A stretch of 30,963 nucleotides of DNA, from positions 1-30,963 of IMG/VR virus record IMGVR_UViG_3300038393_002360. One strand, written 5' to 3'. Below the pieces are notes generated by a model. It was given only the letters and a program-made list of their open reading frames with translations, did not search any database and was not told the DNA's origin. The position numbers were made by a program, and so were the translations under genes. The DNA is from a virus (taxonomy: Duplodnaviria > Caudoviricetes). Shown piece by piece: positions 24,791-30,963 of the stretch. Positions within the stretch are counted from its first letter, which is position 1. Each line of letters begins with the position of its first letter.

Positions 24791-25231
24791 ATGGCCTACG
24801 CCACCGTGGACGACTTCGTGGCGGCCGTGACCGCCGCCGAGGCGGTGATGCTGGCCAAGTCGGCCAACCCGCCGCCGGCCTACGATGAGGCGCGGATCCA
24901 GCGCGCCCTGGACGACGCCGCGGCCGAGCTCGACACCTACTTCGCCGCCAAGTACCCGACGCCGCTGAACCCGGCGCCGCGCACCGCGCAGACCGCCACC
25001 ATCGCGCTCGCCCGCGAGAGCCTGGACCGGCAGGGCCGCGACCAGGTGAAGGCCGACGCTACCCGCTGGCGCGCCTGGGCCCGCGACGTGGCCAAGGGCC
25101 TGGCGGTGCTGGGCGGCGGCGAGGAGGGCGTGGACGTGCCCGCGCCGGCGGCCGACAGCGGCGCCCGCGTCTCCGCGCCCGATCGCGTCTTCACCGACGA
25201 CAGCCTGGCTCCCTTCCTGAGGGGCTGCTGA
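24791..25231 (+). CDS. Mu gp36-like head-tail adaptor (DUF1320)
   Basis: MAYATVDDF...ALDDAAAELDTYFAAKYPTPL...RDVAKG. Confidence 0.9.
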   Translation: MAYATVDDFVAAVTAAEAVMLAKSANPPPAYDEARIQRALDDAAAELDTYFAAKYPTPLNPAPRTAQTATIALARESLDRQGRDQVKADATRWRAWARDVAKGLAVLGGGEEGVDVPAPAADSGARVSAPDRVFTDDSLAPFLRGC

Positions 25232-25746
25232 TGAGCGGGCTCGCCATTTCGATCCAGATCTCGTCCACCGGCGCGGCCACCGCCTTCGCCGCCCTGCGGC
25301 AGGTGAACGATGACCTGCGCCCGGTCCTGGATGACATCGGCGCGGAGCTGGAGAGCAGCACGCTCGAGCGCTTCGAGACCAATGTCGGGCCGGACGGCGT
25401 CGCCTGGCCGCAGTCGCTGCGGGCCCAGACGAGCGGCGGCCGCACCCTGGTCGAAAGCGGGACCCTGCGCGACAGCGTGAGCTACCGGGTCGATGGCAAC
25501 CACGCCGTCGAGGTCGGGGCCGGGGGCGCGGCGGGCGCGTACGCGGCCATCCACCAACTCGGCGGCACGATCACCGCCAAGGGCCAGGCGCTGCGCTTCC
25601 AGCTCGCCACCGGGCAGTGGGTCACCCGCAAGTCGGTGCGGATCCCGGCGCGCCCGTACCTCGGCCTCTCAGCCGACGACCAGGTCGCGGTGCCGGAGAT
25701 CGTCGTCGACCACTGGCGCCGCGCCCTCTACGCGGGGCTCGGCTGA
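25231..25746 (+). CDS. Virion morphogenesis protein (Mu gpG family)
   Basis: ERFETNVGPDGVAW, TLVESGTLRDS, YAAIHQLGG, IPARPYLGLS. Confidence 0.92.
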   Translation: MSGLAISIQISSTGAATAFAALRQVNDDLRPVLDDIGAELESSTLERFETNVGPDGVAWPQSLRAQTSGGRTLVESGTLRDSVSYRVDGNHAVEVGAGGAAGAYAAIHQLGGTITAKGQALRFQLATGQWVTRKSVRIPARPYLGLSADDQVAVPEIVVDHWRRALYAGLG

Positions 25747-26183
25747 TGCAGGGCCTCTTCGACGCGATCGCCGCGCGCATCACCGCCAACTGCCCCTCGG
25801 TGCTGCAGGTCGCCACCGGCTCCAAGCCGGAGGAGATCGTCGAGATGTTCGCGCTCGGGCCGGACGTCACGGCCCTGGTGCACCCGATCTCGATCGTCGC
25901 CGCGCCGGTTCGCGAGGCCGGCATGATCGTTTCCCAGCAGGAGACCTGGCGCTTCGGCGTGACCATGGCCCTCGTGTTCCCGGGCGGCATGGCCCAGTTC
26001 GAAACCGCCACGGCCGAGATCAAGGCCACGCTGCGCGGCTGGTTGCTCGAGGACGCCTCCGAGCCGGTCCAGTTCGCCGCCCAGCGCACCCTCCAGTTCA
26101 CCGCCGGCGAGGACGGTGGCCGCCAGCTCGAGCTGCTCGAGTTCAGCGTGCCGACCCTCGTCTCCTACGGGGTCCAGTCATGA
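25746..26183 (+). CDS. Tail terminator-like protein (Mu gp37-like)
   Basis: 145 aa, IKATLRGW; position before the tail tube. Confidence 0.7.
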   Translation: MQGLFDAIAARITANCPSVLQVATGSKPEEIVEMFALGPDVTALVHPISIVAAPVREAGMIVSQQETWRFGVTMALVFPGGMAQFETATAEIKATLRGWLLEDASEPVQFAAQRTLQFTAGEDGGRQLELLEFSVPTLVSYGVQS

Positions 26184-26425
26184 GCCGCCGCGCCAGCCGC
26201 ACCAACCGCCAAACCGGAGCCGCCAACGTGTCCGAGCAGGACGACAAGCCCACCCAGCCCGCCGCCGTGGCCGAAGGCCGCCGCACCTCGATCGATCCGG
26301 CCAGCGCGCAGGCGATCGCCGACGCCAGCCGCGCGTCGGGCTTCCCCCCGCCGCCGCAGGTCCAGGCTGTCCTGGAAGGCGCCGCGCCCTCGGCCGCCCC
26401 GGCCGCCACTGACCAGGAGGCCTGA
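26180..26425 (+). CDS. Small hypothetical protein (start 26180 or GTG 26228)
   Basis: ATGA overlap; ends at the RBS of the tail tube gene. Confidence 0.55.
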   Translation: MSRRASRTNRQTGAANVSEQDDKPTQPAAVAEGRRTSIDPASAQAIADASRASGFPPPPQVQAVLEGAAPSAAPAATDQEA

Positions 26426-26430
26426 GCGCC

Positions 26431-27369
26431 ATGGATCTGCAGCTGCTGCTGTCCAAGAAGGAAGTCACCTACGGCGTCGACCCCGTCGCGCTCGCGGCCC
26501 AGTCGGTGCGCTGCGAGGAGGTCACGTTCGACCTGCAGGGCGAGCGCGTCACCCCGAACACCGCCAAGCCGGGCGTCGGGGCCGAGGCCGACCAGGTCTA
26601 CGGCGAGCACGTGGCCTTCGGCTTCAAGGTGCCGCTGATCGGCTCCGGCGTCGCCGGCACCGCGCCGAAATGGGGGCCGATCATGAAGGCCTGCGGCTAC
26701 ACCGAGACGACCGTGGCGGCCACGTCCGTGACCTACGCTCCGATGGTCAACCCGCTACTGGCCGACTCGATCACCCACAAATGGCGCGATGGGAACAAGC
26801 GCGTCCACCTGATCAAGGGCTGGCGCGGCCGGGTCGGCTTCGAGCTGTCGGCCGGCAAGCGCCCGATGCTGGTGTTCATGGGCCGCGGCCTGCACAGCGA
26901 TGTCACCGAGGCCGGCGCCGTGCTGGCCCAGGCCGACGCGGACTTCACCGGCTGGCTCGACAGCCTGGTGGTGGCGCAGGGCACCACGACCTTCGCCCTG
27001 GGCGGGGTCAATGGCCTGGGCATCCGCGAGTTCCAGCTCGACGCCTCCGACAACGTCAAGTTCGTCGACGTGCCCGAGCAGGAGAACGTGGAGCTGCGCG
27101 GCCCGCGCGAGCTCACCGGCTCCATCAAGACCACGGTCCCGCTGGCCTCGGTCTACAACTACGAAACCAAGTGGCGGACCGGGGCGGTGGAGACCATCGC
27201 CATGGTGCACGGCTCGGTGGCCGGCAAGATCGTCACGGTCAACGCCCGCGCCCAGCTGATCACGCCGAAGTACGCCCGCGAGAATGACCAGGACGTGGTC
27301 TCCGCGAACGTCAAGCTGGTGCCGGCCTCCCTCACCTCGGACGACGACATCTCGCTCGTCCTGACCTGA
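26431..27369 (+). CDS. Major tail tube protein
   Basis: 312 aa; KKEVTYGVDP, GSGVAGTAPKWGPIMKACG, VHGSVAGKIV; upstream of chaperone and tape measure; no sheath gene. Confidence 0.85.
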   Translation: MDLQLLLSKKEVTYGVDPVALAAQSVRCEEVTFDLQGERVTPNTAKPGVGAEADQVYGEHVAFGFKVPLIGSGVAGTAPKWGPIMKACGYTETTVAATSVTYAPMVNPLLADSITHKWRDGNKRVHLIKGWRGRVGFELSAGKRPMLVFMGRGLHSDVTEAGAVLAQADADFTGWLDSLVVAQGTTTFALGGVNGLGIREFQLDASDNVKFVDVPEQENVELRGPRELTGSIKTTVPLASVYNYETKWRTGAVETIAMVHGSVAGKIVTVNARAQLITPKYARENDQDVVSANVKLVPASLTSDDDISLVLT

Positions 27370-27490
27370 TCCAGCGCGCGCAGCGCTGACGGCTCTCCTC
27401 CCCGGAGCGACGGGGGCGGCCCGACGGGAGAGTTCTTCGAAAGGCCGCCCCCTGGTTCTTCGGGGAGCCCCATGCGGGGTGAAGAGAGAC

Positions 27491-27835
27491 ATGAAGTTCG
27501 ACTTCGCGACCCTCGCGACAGGGATCGAGCGCGACTGGCCGGTGCTGGTCGACGTGCCGCAGGACGGCGGCGGGACCATGGAGCAGGAGTTCTCAGTGCG
27601 GTTCCGGCTGGTGGACCAGGAGGAGCTCGAGGCGCAGGGCCCAGGGGTGAAGGGCCAGAAGGCCGCGCTGCGCCTGGTGATCGCCGGGCTCGGAGCGGAC
27701 GAGGAACAGGCGTTCACGCCCGCGTTCCTGGAGCAGCTCCTCGCGCCGCCCTACATGCGCAACGCGCTGAACCTGGCCTACACGAAGTTCGCGCACGGGG
27801 TGGCGGCAAAAAACGCCTCGACGCCGCCCGCTTGA
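27491..27835 (+). CDS. Tail assembly chaperone (G)
   Basis: WPVLVDVPQDGG...FSVRFR; ends shortly after slippery GCA AAA AAC. Confidence 0.85.
   Translation: MKFDFATLATGIERDWPVLVDVPQDGGGTMEQEFSVRFRLVDQEELEAQGPGVKGQKAALRLVIAGLGADEEQAFTPAFLEQLLAPPYMRNALNLAYTKFAHGVAAKNASTPPA
27808..27814 (+). other. -1 programmed ribosomal frameshift site
   Basis: A AAA AAC in X XXY YYZ register; the -1 frame is open to 28221. Confidence 0.85.
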
Positions 27836-28221
27836 TCGCGGTCGGCCCGAAGGACGAGCGGCGCGCCAGCCAGGCCCAGCTGGACCGCCTGGCCGAGGAC
27901 ATGCAGTGCTTCGGCGCCACCGAGGCGCAGATCGCCGCGGCCCTCGCCGAGCTGGCGCCACCGCGATCTGCGCCGGCGGCGTTCCGCGTGCACCCCGACA
28001 ACCACACGGCCGTGCGGCTCTTCCTGGGCATGGCCACCCAGTGGAACGCCGTGGCGCTTTCGACCCTGGATCGCGCCGTCATCCGGCGCACCGGCCTTCG
28101 CTATGAAGTCCTGGACCTGGTGGCCCGCGGCCTGGGCCTGGCGGTGCGCCGCACCGACTTCTCGCACATCCAGGAGATGGAGGCCGAGGCGCTCACCGCC
28201 TGGGCGGAGGCTGCGGCATGA
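27808..28221 (+). CDS. Frameshifted chaperone extension (T part, DUF1799-like)
   Basis: VHPDNHTAVRLFLGMATQW...TGLRYE...IQEMEAEAL. Confidence 0.82.
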   Translation, partial: KKRLDAARLIAVGPKDERRASQAQLDRLAEDMQCFGATEAQIAAALAELAPPRSAPAAFRVHPDNHTAVRLFLGMATQWNAVALSTLDRAVIRRTGLRYEVLDLVARGLGLAVRRTDFSHIQEMEAEALTAWAEAAA

Positions 28222-30963
28222 GCGGGGACCTCGTCGCCAAGCTGCGGCTCGAGGCCACCGGCGGCGCCCAGGCGTCGGCCGAGGTGGCCAAGGTCGAGCA
28301 GAGCTTGAAGACGGTGGCGCCGGCGGCCAACGAGGCTGCGGCCGGCGTGAACCGGGCCGGCGCGGCGAGCAGCGCGGCCAGCAGCCAACTCGGCGGCAAC
28401 GTGGTAACGCTGAACCGCCATGCGGCAGCCAGCCGGCTGAGCGCGGCCGAGAGCCTGAACCTCTCGCGCCAGCTGACGGACGTGGCGGTCAGCGCCGCCG
28501 GCGGCATCAACCCGATGATGATCCTGATCCAGCAGGGTCCTCAGATCGCCGACGTCTTCGCCATGGCAGGCGCGCGCGGCGTCAGCTTCTCCCAGGCGCT
28601 CGGCGGCGTCGCTGGCCAGGCGCTTGGTCTGGTCGCCCGCGCCGGGCCTTTCGCCTTGCTTGCCGGCGCGGTCGGCCTCGTCGTCACGGGGTTCCTGAAG
28701 GGCGAAGCCGAGGCCGCCAGATTCCAGAACACGCTCACGGCGACCGGCAACGCCGCCGGCGTCACCGCCGGCCAGTACGAGGCCATGGCGCACCGGATCG
28801 CCAGCGCCACCGGCGAGAGCGTCTCCACCAGCAAGGCCGCGCTCACCCAGCTGATCGCGACCGGGCAGTTCTCGGCCAAGACCATTGAAGACCTGACTGT
28901 GGCGGCCGAGCGCTATGCCCAGCTCACCGGCCAGAGCACGCAGGAGATCCTGAAGGACTTCGCCGGCATGTCCGACGGCGTGGCGAAGTGGGGGGCCAAG
29001 CACGCCCAGACCTACCACGACCTCACGCTGGCGCAGCTTGAGTACGTCGACCAGCTGGAGAAGCAGGGCCGGCATGAGGCGGCGGCGGCCCAGCTCGCGG
29101 AGGATCTGCGACAGCACGTCGAGAAGCTGACCCCCGAATACGGCTACCTGGAGCAGGCGGTCCGTTCGGTCACCAACGCCGCCAGGGACATGTGGGACCA
29201 GCTGCTCGGCATCGGCCGCGGGAAGACGATCGACCAGCAGCTCGAGGATGCGCGCCGCGGCGTCCAGTACATCCAGAGCCCGGGCTTCCAGGCCAACCTT
29301 CCCGATGCCCAGTCGCAGGCGGACTTCAAGAGCGGCAAGGCTCTGCAGCGCGCTCAGCAGCGGGTGACCATCCTCGAGGCCGAGAAGGCCATGATGGAGG
29401 AGGCGGCCTCCAGCGATGCGCGGAACGCCCAGAAAGAAGCCGATGCGATCCGCAAGCGGTTCCTCACGCCCACAGGCGCCAAGGGCCCGCAGGACCAGTC
29501 GCAGCTGGCTATCGACGCCGCCACGAAGCAAGCGCTCACCGCCCAGCTGGCGCTGACTAGGGACATCGAACGCATCGCCGCGCTGAAGCGCCAGGAGGTC
29601 GCGATCGAGCTGAAGGCGGCCGAGGACCGCCTGGCCAAGCAACGCGCCGAGGGCTCGATCACGGCCGCGGCGCAGAAGGTGGCGCTGCAGAAGGTGCGCG
29701 AGGCCGCCGCGGCGCAGAACGTCCAGGTCGAGCAAGAGCGCCAGGCGGCGCTCGCCGAGCGCGACCTCACCCAGCGCCAGTCGATCGGCGGCTTCCTGGA
29801 CCGCCAGGCCGCGGCCCAGGCGACCCTCGCGCGCACCACGGCGACGCAGAACGCGATCGAGCTGGAGGCGCTGCTGCGGCGTCAAGAACTCGACCGGGAC
29901 CTCCTGGCCGAGCGCAACCGTCAGCAGGTGCAGGCCGGGGCGATCACCGCCGAGGACGCCAAGGCCCTGGCCTCGGCGCAGGCCGCGTCGCAGGCCGCGG
30001 AAGTCGAGGTCCAGATCCGGAAGGATCGGCAGCGGACTCTCGACGCGGCGGCGGTCAAGGAGCGCGAGGCGCTGGAGGGCCAGGCCGACATCCTCACCAG
30101 CCAGGCCGCCCTGGCGAAGTCCGGCTTCGCCCGCAACGTCATCGAGCTGCGGATCCTGGAGATCGAGCAGCAGCTGGAGCGCCAGAAGCTGGAGGAGGTG
30201 ATCGCCTCCGCCACGGCGACGGAGGACGAGAAGGATCGCGCCCGGGCGCGCCTGGCGGTCCTGAAGCAGGTCCAGGCCAACGAGCTGAAGCAGGCCAAGG
30301 AAGGCACGCGCCTGATCTTGGCGGTGCAGGAGGCGGCCGACGCCGCCTACGGCTTCAAGAGCGCGTTCAAGCGGCACGACTGGGCCAGGGCCTTCGACAG
30401 CCTGGCCGCGACCATCGAGACGATCAAGGCGAGCTTCGCTAGTCAGGGCGCCCTTGGTGGCACACTGACGGCCGGCTCGGCCGTCGCGTCCCTGATCGGC
30501 GGCAAGACCGGCCGGGTGGCCGGCACGGCGCTCGGCATCGCGGGATCGGGCGCACTTCTCGGCAGCACGCTGACCGGCGCGTCTCTGGGCTCGGTTGGCC
30601 TCGTCACCGGCCTGACCGGCAGCGCGGCGCTGGGCGGCGCCGTCGGCGCGGGGCTGGCCACCCTGGGGGCCGTCGCGGGGCCGATCGCGTTGGCGGCCGC
30701 CGCGATCTACGCCGCCGTGAAGATCTTCAACATCGGGGGCAAGCCGACCAACGCCGGCGCTGGGTTCGACCTTCGCACCGGCCAGCTCAGCGGCGACAAG
30801 CGCACCCAGGAAACGGAGCAGGCGGCGCAGGGCGCCGGCCAGGCCATCCTGCAGATGGAGGCAGCGCTGCGCGAGGCCGGCATCAGCCTGAAGACCACGG
30901 TCGACGGGCTGGTGATCGGCACCCGCGACCAGACGCAGATCTACCTCTCCAACGGCCAGACCC
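28218..30963 (+). CDS. Tail tape measure protein (3' truncated by window)
   Basis: ATG 28218 overlapping the previous stop; QLTDVAVSAAGGINPMMILIQQGPQIADVF lambda-type TMP motif; Ala-rich coiled coil; frame appears open to the window end. Confidence 0.93.
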   Translation, partial: MSGDLVAKLRLEATGGAQASAEVAKVEQSLKTVAPAANEAAAGVNRAGAASSAASSQLGGNVVTLNRHAAASRLSAAESLNLSRQLTDVAVSAAGGINPMMILIQQGPQIADVFAMAGARGVSFSQALGGVAGQALGLVARAGPFALLAGAVGLVVTGFLKGEAEAARFQNTLTATGNAAGVTAGQYEAMAHRIASATGESVSTSKAALTQLIATGQFSAKTIEDLTVAAERYAQLTGQSTQEILKDFAGMSDGVAKWGAKHAQTYHDLTLAQLEYVDQLEKQGRHEAAAAQLAEDLRQHVEKLTPEYGYLEQAVRSVTNAARDMWDQLLGIGRGKTIDQQLEDARRGVQYIQSPGFQANLPDAQSQADFKSGKALQRAQQRVTILEAEKAMMEEAASSDARNAQKEADAIRKRFLTPTGAKGPQDQSQLAIDAATKQALTAQLALTRDIERIAALKRQEVAIELKAAEDRLAKQRAEGSITAAAQKVALQKVREAAAAQNVQVEQERQAALAERDLTQRQSIGGFLDRQAAAQATLARTTATQNAIELEALLRRQELDRDLLAERNRQQVQAGAITAEDAKALASAQAASQAAEVEVQIRKDRQRTLDAAAVKEREALEGQADILTSQAALAKSGFARNVIELRILEIEQQLERQKLEEVIASATATEDEKDRARARLAVLKQVQANELKQAKEGTRLILAVQEAADAAYGFKSAFKRHDWARAFDSLAATIETIKASFASQGALGGTLTAGSAVASLIGGKTGRVAGTALGIAGSGALLGSTLTGASLGSVGLVTGLTGSAALGGAVGAGLATLGAVAGPIALAAAAIYAAVKIFNIGGKPTNAGAGFDLRTGQLSGDKRTQETEQAAQGAGQAILQMEAALREAGISLKTTVDGLVIGTRDQTQIYLSNGQT

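Larger units (their letters stand above)
109..30963 (+). mobile_element. Mu-like transposable prophage with siphovirus-type tail; right end outside window
   Basis: Repressor/ner, MuA DDE transposase, MuB, Gam, GemA, Mor, Mu gp25-gp30-like packaging genes, gpI-like protease, gp36 and gpG, tail tube without sheath, tape measure. Left boundary inferred from TG at 109. Confidence 0.95.

Noticed and set aside
28101-30377. 758-aa minus-strand ORF
   Set aside because: Shadow of the tape measure gene, which the ORF track omits because it has no stop in the window.

Overview
Nearly the whole window (about 109 to the window end, right end not included) is an apparently intact Mu-like transposable prophage with a non-contractile (siphovirus-type) tail. 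The host is a high-GC alphaproteobacterium, probably Caulobacteraceae, inferred from a CIR-like palindromic repeat at 51-108, a GTTC-N7-GTTC LexA box and the placement of GANTC sites. Gene order: left end with repeats; LexA-boxed two-gene operon; membrane and lipoprotein accessory genes; S24-type repressor and divergent ner; ParB-like gene; MuA; MuB; gam; early accessory genes (DnaA-domain-IV-like, DUF5131, GemA); Mor/C-like activator; lysis region (GH19 endolysin, lipoprotein, DUF1353, TraR); terminase, portal, MuF with a C-terminal nuclease-like domain; a reverse-strand accessory island with a candidate small RNA; protease, capsid, an Acb2/Tad1-like anti-defence gene; neck and tail genes; frameshifted tail chaperone; tape measure (truncated). 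The most notable observations are a dense CcrM/GcrA-type GANTC cluster in the lysis-lysogeny switch, the sRNA/attenuator island between MuF and the protease, the Acb2/Tad1-like gene in the head operon, a palindrome embedded in the parB-like gene, and a host-LexA-controlled module at the left end. Family assignments come from motif recognition by eye, not database searches.
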